From contig NC_092379.1 of NCBI RefSeq assembly GCF_030028105.1, positions 9,136,272-9,200,271 on the forward strand: a stretch of DNA of 64,000 bases. The letters are read 5' to 3'. Below the pieces are notes generated by a model. That model did not search any database. It had not been told where the DNA came from and worked only from the letters and a program-made list of their open reading frames with translations. The DNA comes from Mobula birostris. Its lineage: Eukaryota. A program made the translations under genes and the position numbers. Of the stretch, positions 22,251 to 35,415 are shown in pieces; within the stretch, counting starts at the first letter, position 1, and each line of letters opens with the position of its first letter.

Positions 22251-23439
22251 ATGATTTTGAGTATTAAGGTAAAATAAGCATTAAGAATATTGAAACAACT
22301 CATCTGAGTATTCAGCTGGTCATTAACGATAGGGTGACGGCTATTATTATTACATTATTATTAGTTGTTATTATTACATTAAAACGATGATTGCAGTGGA
22401 GGGGATGCAGAGATTTACTGGGATGGTGAGTTTCCCTTATGAGGAGAAACTACATACACTGATTTTGTATTCCTTGAACAGAGAAGACTGAAGGGATGCT
22501 GGAGGTAAAAGTAGGATAGACATTACCCCATAGCAGAAGTAGTACAAAAAAGAGGGTGTAGATTTGAGGAAAATTATGAGGTCTAGAATAGATCTGCGGA
22601 AGATCATTTTCAGTTTCATGTTTGTTGGAGACTTGAAAACACTGCCCGAGAGGATAGTGGCGACAGGAGCCCTCGCAGCATTTAAGAATGGCCCAGTTGG
22701 GCATTTGAATTACCAAGTCATAGCAGTCTACAAATTGCGCTGGTGATTGGAAATAGTGCGGAGGAGTGTCTGTTGGTTGGCACAGACGTAGTTAGTTTAA
22801 GGACCCGACTCCCTCATCTACAGCTCTAAATGAACGAAGTGTTATTTTTAAAGGGATGAATTAACCGATTTTGAGGACCTGGTGGAACTGAAAGTTTTTC
22901 ATTTGCGTGATCTTCAGACAGGTCATTTAACATATAAGTAGATCAACGTAGTAGTGAGGAAAATAGAATTGAGGATATAATGTTTCTGCGGCAGAGGAAG
23001 TAAAGTTGAGGCAACTAAGTAAGAAGTCAGGGGCACGTTAGATCAAAAGATATCGTGTTCAATCTTTACCGTATGAGAGGGATCTTAACCTATTTGATAA
23101 CAGTGAGACAGAATTTATCATTGTGCTTAAGCTGAACATGTTCTCAAGTTATTGTATCTTCCGCCTGACTGGAGCAAGGAGGTGAACGAATGACTGGGGC
23201 GGGAGATTAGTTGCCATTTTACCTAGGCAGCAGAAAGTGTAGAAAGATCATGCAGGGCAGGCTGGGAGGTTGGTCCGCTTGACGGACTGATTTGCATTCA
23301 TAACTCCTCTCATGACATTGTGATGGTGAGCAGAGCACTTCACAACATCATGAGCTATAAGAGCACTATTAGGACATTCAGCTCATAGGCTCAGCACATT
23401 GAAGGGCAGCCGATCTGTCATTTAATCATGTGTCAAGTT

Positions 23440-24180
23440 ATGAAAAGGGGAAGTACAACGAGATCTAGGTGGCCTTGTTCATCAGTCACTGAAAGTAGGC
23501 ATGCAGGTACAGCAGGCAGTGAAGAAAGCTAATGGGATGTTGGCCTTCATAACAAGGAGAGTTGAGTATAGGAGAAAAGAGGTCCTTCTGCAGCTGTACA
23601 GGGCCCTGGTGAGACCACACCTGGAGTACTGTGTGCAGTTTTGGTCTCCAGATTTGAGGAACGACAGTCTTGCTATTGAGGGAGTGCAGCGTAGCTTCAC
23701 AAGGTTAATTCCCGGGATGGCGGGACTGTCATATGTCGAAAGATTGGAGCGACTGGGCTTGTATACACTGGAATTTAGAAGGATGAGAGGGGATCTGATT
23801 GAAACATATAAGATTATTAAAGGATTGGACACGCTAGAGACAGGAAACATGTTCCCGATGTTGTGGGAGTCCAGAACCAGGGGCCGGAATTTGTGAATAA
23901 GGGGTAGGCCATTTAGAACGGAGTTGAGGAAAAACTTTTTCACCCAGGGAATGTGGATCTGTGGAATGCTCTGCCTCAGAAGGCAGTGGAGGCCAATTCT
24001 CTGGATGCTTTCAAGAAAGAGTTAGATAGGGCTCTTAAAAATAGCGGAGTGAAGGGATATGGGGAGAAGGCAGGAACGGGGTACTGATTGTGGATGATCA
24101 GCCATAATGACAGTGAATTGCGGTGCTGGCTCGAAGGGCCGAATGGCCTACTCCTGCACCTATTGTCTATTGCCTATTGT
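23440..24180 (+). mobile_element. CR1 LINE 3' end, well preserved
   Basis: QVQQAVKKANGMLAFI..LYRALVRPHLEYCVQFWSP..LEFRRMRGDLIETYKI; 3' UTR ends in a (CTATTG)n-like tail. Confidence 0.9.
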
Positions 24181-25749
24181 GTGATGAAGTCATTCATTAA
24201 CCTTTAACAGAGACAGGCGATTGAACCAACTTGTCCATGCGGACTAGAGCATTCTCCCTGCAAGTCTAGGTGCCATACCGGTCCATGTTCCTATCTAAAT
24301 GTACCTTAAACGTTACAGTTATACCGGCCTCGACAAGCTCCTCTTACAGCTTATTTTTGGTACTCAATACCCTCGTGCAAAGAAGTTACCTTTCAGATAT
24401 CTTTTACATCTCTCTCCTCTTAACTTGCATCCGTGCTCTCTGGTTGTGGATTCTCAAACACCAAGGAAATGGCAATTAAAGTCCACCTTATGCATTCTTC
24501 TCATGATGCTATAAAGTTGTATGAGCCATTCCTCATTCTCCTGCGCTCCAGGGAATAAAACGCCAGTGTGGACAACCTCTCCTCAAAAATAAGAGATTTC
24601 AGTCCAGTCCACATCCTCCTGAATCTCCTTTACACCCTCTCCAGCTTGACAATGTATTTCTTGTAACAGAGTATCCAGAACTGTATATAATACTTTAAGT
24701 GCAGACTCACCAACATTTTATGCATTTACTCCTAAATTTGATGCCCTAACTTATGTAGACTAGAGAACAACCCTTTCTTTACTACATTGTCCACTTGTGT
24801 GTCAGCTTTAGGCGAACTGTACTCTTATACCCTTGGGTTCTTCTGTTCTACAACACTAGTCTGTGTCCTGTCAGTCACTGTAAAAGTCCCACTCTAGCTT
24901 ATCTGCATAAAATGCATTAGGTCACACTTTTCTAAGTAGACATCAGTTTACCATTCCCCTTTCTTCCTCACTAATCAAAATCTCTCCGCAATCCGTTGTA
25001 ACCCATCAAATTATCAACAAGACGGTCTAATCTAGTATCCTCAAAACTCTTCTTAATTGCGCCATGTACATAAACCTCCATATAATTTACATAAATATTG
25101 AATAATCACAGATGGCTAAATTTTTGTTCAACTCTATTTCTCTCCCACTTCTCCCTATAACTACATTATTAATCAAAAACAGATCATCTCTGCCTTAAAT
25201 ATACCCAAGTAATTGGCTACAAGCTTCAATAACAACGAATTTCACAGATTAAATAACTACTGGAGTAAAAATTCCTCATCATTTGCTCTAAAGACATCCA
25301 TTTACATGGAAGCTCTGACCTGAGATTCAATTCTTCTACTAATAGAAACCTTCTCTCCAATCCACCCTGATCAGGTCCTGGCGATTTCAATGAGATGCTC
25401 CCCCGCCATTCTGAACTCCGTCAAGTATATGTCCAGAGACATCAAAGTCTCCTCCTGGTTTATGTTTTCATTCCTGGGATTACTCTGGTAAAATTTCTCT
25501 GGACTCCAGGGCCAGCAGGTCCTTGCTTTGATAAGTAGCCCAAAGTCTCTCATATTATTACGCATATGAACTCACCACATATTATAAGGCCATAAGACTA
25601 TGTAACATATGAGCAAAGTTAGGACACTCGGTCCATTCAGTTTGTTCTGCTATTCCATCATTATCTTGTCTTCTACACGTAACCTTTGATGCCATAGTGA
25701 ATCAAGAACGTATCAAACTCCGCGTTAAATGTACTTGATGAATTGACCT

Positions 25750-26800
25750 CTGCAGCCATGCTTTGGCTAAAGAAAATCCTTCTTCTCTCGGTTCTAAATG
25801 GACAGTACCATCAAATACTTCCCACATGTTAACACTTTCACTCCCCTCATAGTTCTCCTGAACTTCCTCTGGACCCTTTCCAATGTCAGCACATTTTGGA
25901 TAAAGGGCCCGAAACTGCTCACGGTAGTCCAGGTGCGGTCTGACGAATGCCGTAAAGCCTCTGCATCACATCGTTGCACTTATATGATCGTGCTCTCTAA
26001 AAAACGTTGACATTACATTTCCCTTCCTTACCACTAACACAACCTGCCAGTAAACCTTTAGGGTATTCTGCGCAAGAACTCCTGAGTCCCTTTGTACCCC
26101 TGATTTTAGAATTTTCTCTCTGTTTAGAAAAAAAACGGTTTTGCCATATTCCTTTCACCAAAGTGTAGGACCATACATTTCCACACACAATATTCCATTT
26201 GCCAATTCTTCCAATCTGCCTAAGTCCTTCTGCAGACACCCTTGTTCCTCAAAGCTGCATAACCCTCCACATATCTTCATACCGTCTGCAAATTTGGTCA
26301 TGAAGACAGCAATAACTTCATCCAAATTGTTGACGTACGACGTGATAGGAAGCGGTTCCAACACCGACCCCGGCAGAGCACCACTAATTAGAGGCAGCCA
26401 GCCAGAGTAGGCCCTCTTTATTCCCACTCTTTGCGTCCTGCCAGATAGCTAATCTTTTATCCCTACTAGTAGCTTTACTGTACCACCACGGGCTCTTTTC
26501 TTGTTGAGCCGCATCCTGTATAGTATCTTATCAAAGGTCTTCTGAAAAATCCGAGTAAATAACATCATCCAATTCTCCTTTGTCTATTCTGCTTATAGTT
26601 CCTCAAAGATTTGGAACAGATTTGCCAGGAAAGCTCTCCCCATACGAAACCATGCTGACGTCGCCTATTTTGTCATGTGGCCTTAAGTATCCCGAAACAT
26701 CATCCTTAATAATGGACTCCAATATCTTCCCAACCAGAGAAGTCAGACCAACTAGCCTATAATTTCCTTTCTTCTTCCTTCCCTTTTCTTAAATGGTGGA
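25750..26800 (-). mobile_element. Degenerate CR1 LINE RT region
   Basis: SGALPGSVLEP..YVNNLDE..KFADGMKICG..LQKDLGRL on the minus strand. Confidence 0.75.
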
Positions 26801-27403
26801 GGAACATTTACAATTTTGAGCTCCTTTGGTCCTTCCAGTCACGCTGCCCCAGCAAACCCATAAACCGATTAACCCTAACCTAACCATAGGACAATTTACA
26901 ATGATCAATTCACCTACCCAGTAAATCTTTGGAATGTGGGGAAAATAGTGGGACCAGGAGAACACCTACGGGATGGAGGTACGTACGGTCCTTACAGAAG
27001 AGCTTGGAATTCAATTCCGAACTCCGAACGCCCGAGCCTTCTGCTATGCTGTGCGCCGTCAAGTAAGAAAGATTATCTGAGATTTCCACTGTGTTACTCG
27101 TTTTTTCACACATAGTGTATGCTCACACACGCACAAGATAAGACACAAACCAGTCTCACACCCGAAACACAACACGCACAAATACTAGCACACACAGGCC
27201 CACTCACTTTCCTCATCTATTTAAGCTAACGCACACACTCCATCGCATAAAAATACATGGCGCACATCATACACCCACAAATATAAACGCACCGCACTTT
27301 ATCTCCCTCCTCCACATCCTTCCCCTCCACCCCCCGCATACACAAGCTCACTCCGTTGTCACGCCACTGACACTGAAACCCCCTCCGTCTTGCTCTGTTG
27401 CAG

Positions 27404-28304
27404 TTAACTTGACCGTGATTGGGGTAATGCTTCGCAGACGATGTGGCCTCTCCAGGTGTATCACTGTCTACCTACTGGCGATGGCCGTGACAGATCTCCT
27501 GGTCATCTTCACGGGGGTCATTTTAAACCGGATTGCTCCCATCAATTTGCCATATAATTTCTTGACCATCATTCCGGCCTGCATTGTGAACTGCGCTGTA
27601 GTTTACGCAGTAAGGGAGTGCTCCGTCTGGGTGACGGTGATGTTCACGTTTGATCGCCATGTGGCTATTTACTGTCAAAAACGGAAAGCAAAGTATTGCA
27701 CAGAGCGAACTGCGGCTTTGGTCATCGGGACTGTTATTATCGTCAGCTGTCTCAAAAATGTATTTTATGGTTTTATATATGAAGCCCCACATAAAACAGA
27801 GCCTACACCGTGCATCATTAAGTCATCGTATTATACCTCGCCTGTTGGATAACATTTGACTGGATCGATATCATTCTAACCCCTTGTCTGGCATTCGTTT
27901 CAATTTTGCTGCTCAATTTGTTAACCATCAGACACATTTTAAGCGCCATCAGAATCCGCAGGACACTCCAGGGCGGCGGGAAGGGTAATGTACAGAGCGA
28001 CCCCGAGACGGACAGCCGCTGGAAGTCTATCGTACTGATACTAAGTATCTCGGGCATCTTCATCCTCTTGTGGTTGTTGGTAGTAATAACTTTCCTTTAT
28101 ATTCGCTTTGCCAGTGTCTCTTATTCTGCAGGATCCAATTTCAAGAACTCGATTTTCGCTTTGGAAGAAAGCGGATATGCGCTTCAGTTCCTCTGTTCCT
28201 GCGTGAACCCATTTATTTATGCAGGGACACAGAGTAAGATCAGAGACGAGATAAAGTTGGGGCTGAAATATCCACTGACGCTCTGTGATAGATTGCTAAG
28301 TTAG
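27404..28304 (+). pseudogene. GPR139-like GPCR gene B, exon 2 with a single 1-bp deletion (pseudogene or assembly error)
   Basis: CAG|TT AAC acceptor gives GIPVN. ORFs 27409-27852 and 27906-28304 join into a full 7TM protein if one base is restored at ~27844 (CCT G-T TGG ATA versus paralog CCT GGC TGG ATA). Confidence 0.88.
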
Positions 28305-30742
28305 ACAACTTTTTTCATTGGGAACAGTTTATGTTGCAAATCAGCCTTATTTACTTTTTTTTATCAATAGGGTGGACTTTGATTTGTATTACGTCTCTAT
28401 AGCCGAGGAGTCAAGGAACGGCATAATAAAAATCAAATTCCAATGTATTGATCTATTGCCAAGTACATGGATGCACAGATCCTTTGGAAACCCTTTTTTC
28501 AACAAGATTACAGGCACATAGGGCCAGACTGTGAATTGCTTTACTGATGCCCTGTGTTCCCAGGTAGAGCGAAAACCTTTGTTTTGCAAGCTGCGCATAA
28601 GATGATTTTATTTTAAGAGCATACTCAGGCAGTGCTAGGGCAAACAATGATAGAATTCAGAATAAAGGACGCCGTGGTCAAGGAGATCAGTTCAGAATAG
28701 AGATGAAGAGGATTTTTTTTTTTAGCCTGGGGTGATGAAACTATGCAATTCATTGCAACTGGCTGATGGGAGGGCAAAAGACATTGGGCATATTTAAAGC
28801 AAGGGTTCATAGATTCTTGATTAGTAAGTGAGCAAAAGGTTACGGGGAGAAGGTAGGAATAATGGGGTCGAGAAGGAACATAAATCAGCCATAATCGAAA
28901 GACCGAAGAGACACAACTGCTAAAATTGACCAATTCTGCTTCTATTTCTTACGCTCTTCGGAAGTGTTACACTTACAGATAAAGTGCAGTACACAAGAAA
29001 TTCTGGAGGAACTTAGCAGGCCAGGTAGCATCTACGGAAAGGAGTAAACAATCGATCTTTCGGGCGCGCTGAGGTCTTTTATCAAGATTCGTGAAAGGAA
29101 AGGTCTCGGCCGAAATGTCAACGGTTTACTCTTTTCCATAGATGTGGTCTGGCCTGCTGTGTTCCACCAGCAGTTTGTGTGGATTACTTTGATTACCAAC
29201 ATCTGCATAGTTTCTCTTGTTTGAGATAACGTGCAGTGCAGGTTAATAAATGAAGTACAAGGGACTCGACGAGGTAGATGAGAGATCAAGAGCTGGTCGT
29301 TATCATATAAGAGACCAGTTGAAGATTCTGACAACAGCGGGGTAGATGGTGTCCTCAATTCCTCGGAATCGTACTGTCATGCTTTTGTATCTTCTGCCTA
29401 ATGGAGAAGTGGAGAAGAGAGAATGTCTGCAATGAATGTCTGCTTTGATTCCGTCGTCCCCTTGACATAGGCTGCGAGGTGTAGGCAGAGTCCGTAGAAA
29501 CGTTGGTGATTTCCCTGATGTACTGAGCGGTATGCCGAGGTTTCTGCACTTTCTGTTTGCTGTAGCTGACGAAGGAATTACGTTCCGGTCGGATGATTTC
29601 TATAGACTATTAATAAATAATAGACAGGACCAAATGGGCCATAACAACTTTAATTAGATCATGTGAAAGTATAGGCGCAAATGTACGCCCTTGACCATGG
29701 CGTCAACGTCGTTGCACTGGCGCTTGGTGATTCCCACTCCTGGGAACATGGAGCATCCAATACTCTTTACCTCAGCACTGTTGATATAGATAGTTACTGC
29801 CGCACAAGCGTCAGGATCTTGAACAAAAAGGGACTCCACTAACAACATTGAGATAATAATCTTACTTTAATCAACCAATAAGCTCACTTTAAGGAATCTT
29901 TATCTTCTAATCTCCTGTTCTCTTTACTTATTGCTATTTATTTATATTTGCATTTGCGCAGTTTGCTGTTTTCGGGACTCTGATTGATATTCTATCGATC
30001 CTGTTATAGATGCAATTGAACGGATTTACTCAGCATACCCACAGGAAAGCGAATACCAGGGTTGTATTTGTGATAGATACGTACTTTGATAATAAAAATT
30101 ACTTTCACTTATTTTATTTTTTACTTTGACAGGAGCGTGTGTACCAACCATGCCCGACCCCCCTTCTGAAGAAAAAGACTAGCCTTATCCTTTTTCTGAC
30201 ATTGGAATAAAGACTATTTCCCCCACTGTCATAGATTGCCCAGATTCGCAATTTTTCACACAAAACATATACTAACAGCTTGAATTGTACAAAAATATAG
30301 CAGACAGATCACAATTCACCTAACGTGAAGAAATTCAAGTCTACTGGAGTACGATGCGGTTAAAGTGGTTTCATGGTGTTTTTTATGATGTAGCGACTAG
30401 GGTTCTGCAAGTTGTGACAAGATCCCAGTGGATGAAGGAGGTAGCTGTTTTTGAACTTGGTGGTTTAGGACTTTAGGCATCTGTAACTCCTGCCCAATGG
30501 TATCTGTTAGAGCATGGCATGGCCTGGCTAGTGGGGATATTTGATGATAGATGTGCTTTCTGAATGCCTGATGTAGATGGTTAGGAATGGAGTGCTCGTG
30601 AAGTATTGGGTTGTGTCTATTAATATTTGCTGTTTTATTTCGGTGGTGCTACAATTCAACATGTCATAGGGAACATTTTGTGATCGGTTCGGATAGGTTC
30701 AGCAGTACATCTGTAGAAGTTTGTTCATGTAATCAGTGATTT

Positions 30743-32046
30743 TGCAAAGTGCTTTGAGAGACTGGTTCTGTCACATCTGAAATCCTATCTGCCCACTACC
30801 CTGGACCCCATCAATTGGCCTATCGCACCAACAGGTCAACAGAGGACTCTCCACGGCACTTCACTATGCCGTGACCCACCTGGACACCCCCAACTCTTAT
30901 GTCAGAATGCTGTTCATTGCCTTTAGTTCGGAATTCAGTACTGTGATCCCCTCCAAGCTGATCGCCAAACTTCGCCAGCTTGGTATCAGCTCATCCCTCT
31001 GCAATTGGACCTTGGACTTTCTGACTAACAGACCCCAATCAGTTAAGTTAGACAACCTCTTCTCCTCCACTCTCACCCTGAACACCGGCGTGCCTCAAGG
31101 CTGTGTGCTGAGCTCTCTTCCGTACTCCCTTTTCACCTATGACTGCATTCCTGTACATGGTTCTAACTCTATAACCAAGTTCGCAGACGACACCACGGTG
31201 GTTGGCCTGATCAGAGGGGATGACGAGACGGCCTACAGGGACGAGGTCCAGCACCTGGCCGTGTGGTGAGCCGACACCAATCTGGCCCTTAACACCCAGA
31301 AGACCAAGGAGAACATTGTAGAATTCAGGCATGCTAGGAGTCACACTCACATCAACAGAACTGTAGTGGAGCGTGTATCAAGCTTCAAATTCCTTGGTGT
31401 CCACATTTCCCAGGGTCTCACCTGGTCCCTGAACTCCTGCATCCTGATCAAAAAGGCACAATGGCGCCTTTATTTCCTGCGGAGCATCAAGAAAGCTCAC
31501 TTCTGCCCCAGGATACTGACGGACTTTTACTGCTGTACCATTGAGAGCATACTCACCAACTGCATCTCAGTGTGGTATGGCAATTGTCCCGTATGGGACC
31601 GCAAAGCACTCCAGCGTGTGGTGAAATCACCCAGCGGATTATCGGCACCCAATTGCCCACCATTGAGAACATCTACCATAAACGCTACCTGGGCAGGGCG
31701 AAAAGCATGATCAAGGATGCACTCACCCTAACCATGGACTTTTTACTCTCCTCCCATCCGGTAGGCGCTACAGGAGCCTCCGCTCCCGCACCAGCAGGCA
31801 CAGGAAGAGCTTCTTCCCTGAGGCTGTGACGCTGCTGAACCTCTCATCACGGCACTAAGCAGTATTGCATCCATATTGTACTGTCTCAGTACTTTTATAT
31901 TTATTGTGCTGTAGCACTTTTTTATTCGCAGTTATTTTGTAAATAACACTATTCTTTGCATTTCTGGTTAGATGCTAACTGCATTTCATTGGCTTTGTAC
32001 CTGCACTCGGCACAATGACAATAAAGTTAAATCTAATCTAATCTAA
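30743..32046 (+). mobile_element. Rex1/Babar-clade LINE, 5'-truncated
   Basis: SYVRMLFIAFSS, NTGVPQGCVLS, KFADDTTVVGLI, SFKFLGVHI, IESILTNCISVWYG; (AATCT)n tail at ~32030-32046. Confidence 0.9.
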
Positions 32047-33979
32047 TTTGTTGAACACCCTTAATCTAAAAAGGTAAAGGCGCTTGCTCGATCAGTGCCC
32101 ATTATACTGTTTCAATTGCATTTAAAAAGGTTGCGGTGAACCACCCTGCTGGTGGAAAACTCCAAAAATGCTTGATTGTAATTTAGACCCAACGGCTGTG
32201 AAGGATCTGTAACATATCTCTTGGTGTTCTCTCACACTGTGATATGGTATGAGAAATTTCTCAGTCAAGTTGTATTGCGATGTTGAAGGGACAGCAGCAG
32301 GGATAGTATTTGCCTCTGTTTGTAACTTCCTTACTGGCGAAGATTGTGATCGATGAACCTACTAATCTGTTTGTCTTTGTCATGTGGGAGGAAACCAGAG
32401 CAGTGGAAGGAAATCAACATGGTCTCAACATGCGCTAGCTAGTACACTACAATGCGACCACAAAATGTTATTTTCCGAGATTTAGTTATTTCCCTTTCGA
32501 CGTTGCCGAGGGAGTAGCTTGGGAACACCACATTTTATAGATGTTACAGAATAATTAGGTGTTTAGTGCATGAGCTGACATAAAATAGGTTGCTTTGTCC
32601 TGAAGTATATTGGAGCTGCTCCGATCCAGAGAGCAGTACTGGTGCAGGGGATCGGCAGTGGTAATTCCAGCCGTAATTGCTTAGATTCTGTTTTGTTAGA
32701 TCTGATCACTGCCTGCCTGGCCCTTGTGTGCCGTGCATATTTACTGCTGACTGCAATGTTGCATTTGCAAAGACCTGTCCATTGTGTCGTCACCGCAGGT
32801 ATATCCATCTATGTTTTCCTGCACCACGACCGTGGGATTCAAGTCAAGCTTGAGTGCGAGCCATATCTTCCTTCTGTGTATGTTATAACTTCTTGACTAA
32901 ATATTTAATTGTCCAGTTTTAACTAATTTGTTCTTTTTATTCCGAAAAATTATGAGAAATGGATATTTCTGTCATTTATCTGCCAGTTTAGTTCAGGATT
33001 TCATTACATATATAGACTGAACAGACACGTGTGTCCACGCCCTTGTTATTAGCAACTCTGGCCGTACCTTTAAGAAGAAAAAAATCAAGCAGCTACAGTG
33101 AATAAGAGACAGAGCTCGATACATCAGGGCCACACCCCTTCCCACTATGTGTGCTATATACTGGAGGTAAGTACTTTATACTTTTCTTACTCACCGACTT
33201 TACCTCTCACCTTCCAGATATTCCCCCGCCATCTTTTTATTCTGGCATATTTACCCTTCCTTCATAATCCTCAGGAAGAGTCTCGGTCCAAAACATCATC
33301 TGTTTATCATTTCCCCAGATGGTGCCTGACCTGCTGGGTTCCTCCAGTACTGGACGTGTATTGCTTTAGATTACCAGCTACTGCAGAATTTCTCGTGTTT
33401 ATAACATACTGGAGGGATTGCCTCTGTAAAGATCACGAAAAGTTTCACCATTCGTGCCATCTGATCTTTTCAGAGCTGCGATTAGGCAGGAGTTACAGAA
33501 GCCTGAAGTGCCACACAACCAGTTCAAGTACAGCTACTTCCCTACAACTATTTGGTTCTGGAACCAGCTGGCAGAAGCCTATTCGCTTGACTGTACCAAC
33601 ACTATGATTTCTTCAATCATTTTGTACTAACATTAACTCCTTTCTTGCACTAGCTGTGTTCTTTCTTCCAAGAATGTATGCTCATTACATTTTTATTGAG
33701 AATGATACATAAAAGATGCTATGCATCTGTGATGTTGCTGAATGTCAATTTTCCAGTGCACATGTGCGTTTCGAACTTGTTAGTGTAACAATGACCTCAA
33801 TTTTGATGTTAACAATAAACATGTAATCACACCTTTTCAGAGATATCTACTTTCTTCCACCCATCCAAAAACTCCACATATTCTTCAACTTAACAATTGT
33901 TAATATTTTTTAATGTTAACATTAACTTTTTCCTGGTCATGGTGTTCAGCAGCCTGAAGATAGATTTCACCTGTACTGC

Positions 33980-34185
33980 CATCCTTTCAGAAGGCCTTAT
34001 GTGTTTAGAAGTGGGCTTACACAATCTTCACGATTATTCATTAAAACCGTTAGAGGCATCAGCTGTTTTAAGTTGCTTTATCAATTAATGTAAGTAGCAA
34101 CAAAACAATTTTGCCTTCCTAATATACTCCCTGGGGACTGATGTGGATGCAATCTAACAAGCTGTGATTCAAATTGCCAATTATT
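33980..34185 (+). promoter_or_regulatory. Promoter cassette in front of the orphan GPCR exon 1
   Basis: Homologous to 1720-1955; CAGCTG at ~34060, CAATTA 34082-34087, and TCCCTGGGGA 34128-34137 (EBF/Olf-1 consensus core). Confidence 0.55.
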
Positions 34186-34255
34186 ATGCACAGAGTTTCA
34201 CAAATCTTGTGGTTGCCTAGTTGTTATTGCATTATTGAAATTATTGATAGTCCTG
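34186..34255 (+). pseudogene. Orphan, degenerate GPR139-like exon 1 (MHRVSQILWLPSCYCIIEIIDSP+G)
   Basis: Exactly 70 nt from ATG to G|GT, aligns with the other first exons, and is followed by homologous intron sequence. No matching exon 2 before 40634. Confidence 0.8.
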
Positions 34256-34611
34256 GTACAATACTGCTATTGATAATTAATCCGAAAAATGTTGTGAAAT
34301 TTTGCAGCACTGCCGTGCTTTCCATTATTGCTGTTTTAATTCAATTGTAGATATTTCACTTCTTTGCTATTCTCTCCGTCTCGTTAATATCCATTAATTT
34401 TTATCTCTCATTGATTGTATCATTTGAGTGTTTTACACCTTTCAAATTTAATTTCTTTATCGTGCATTTTTATCACAAATAGCCTTAAAGTTTATTCCTT
34501 ATACTACTAATAGGCAACAAATTTGATATATATTGTCATAACGATGATAGTAGCAACTTCTATTCTTTTGTCACTTGTATGAGTAGTTCAACAAAAATGT
34601 CACCAAATCTA

Positions 34612-35415
34612 CATTCATCGTCATCATCAGGTGCCGTGCCCAGTATGAGCTTTGACTGCCATAGCCAACACACCTCCTGTTTCGTGTCAAGTGGATCAAT
34701 TCATTGGTATTCTTTTCCAGTTCTCTGGCTGCTGTCTTCATCATCATTTGTCTTTGTCTTCCTGTTGTTTTCTTCCCTTCAATCTTTCCCATAATCACCG
34801 TGCATTCTAACTCCTCTTTCCTAATCACATGTCCAATGAAGTTACGTTGCGTTTTCATGATCTCATACATTATTTCTCTTTTTGTATTTGCTCTGTTCAT
34901 GACATCCTCTTTAGATATTCGTTTCGTCCATGATATTCCTTGCATCCTCCTCAAAAACCACATCTCTGCTGCTTCAATTCGTTTCCTCACGTTACTAGAT
35001 ATTGTCCAACATCCTGAGCCATATAACATCACTGGATAAACGTAACATTTCAGTACTCTGAAGCGGGCTGTCATGCCTACTTTAGTATTGGTCAGTATAC
35101 TCTTCATTATTGTAAAGCTGTCTTTTGCCATCCCTATTCTTCTTTTGATGTCCATGTCACACCTGCTATCTGATCTCACCCAGCTTCCTAAGTAGCAAAA
35201 GTTCTGTACTTGTTTTATGTCTTCCACGTTTATTCTCTGTCTGTCTGTCTGTGTCTTGTTTTACGGCGGTTGGCATCCAGCTTAATGATGCATTACTGCC
35301 ACAACGTTTATTCTCAACCTGCAGATAGGATTGCCCTTCTTTTTGGATATCACCATACATTCTGTCTTTTTTTGCAATTGATAGATAGATCCATTTTTGC
35401 ACTTTCTTCAACAAT
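34612..35415 (-). mobile_element. RTE-clade LINE 3' fragment
   Basis: IKQVQNFCYLGS..DIKRRIGMAK..VYPVMLYGSGCWT..IEAAEMWFLRRM..ISWT; (GAT)n-like tail at ~34615-34628. Confidence 0.85.
35238..35303 (-). mobile_element. 66-bp extremely truncated LINE 3' end with (GACA)n tail, inside the RTE
   Basis: Flanked by the perfect 12-bp direct repeat ACGTTTATTCTC (35226-35237, 35304-35315). Confidence 0.7.
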
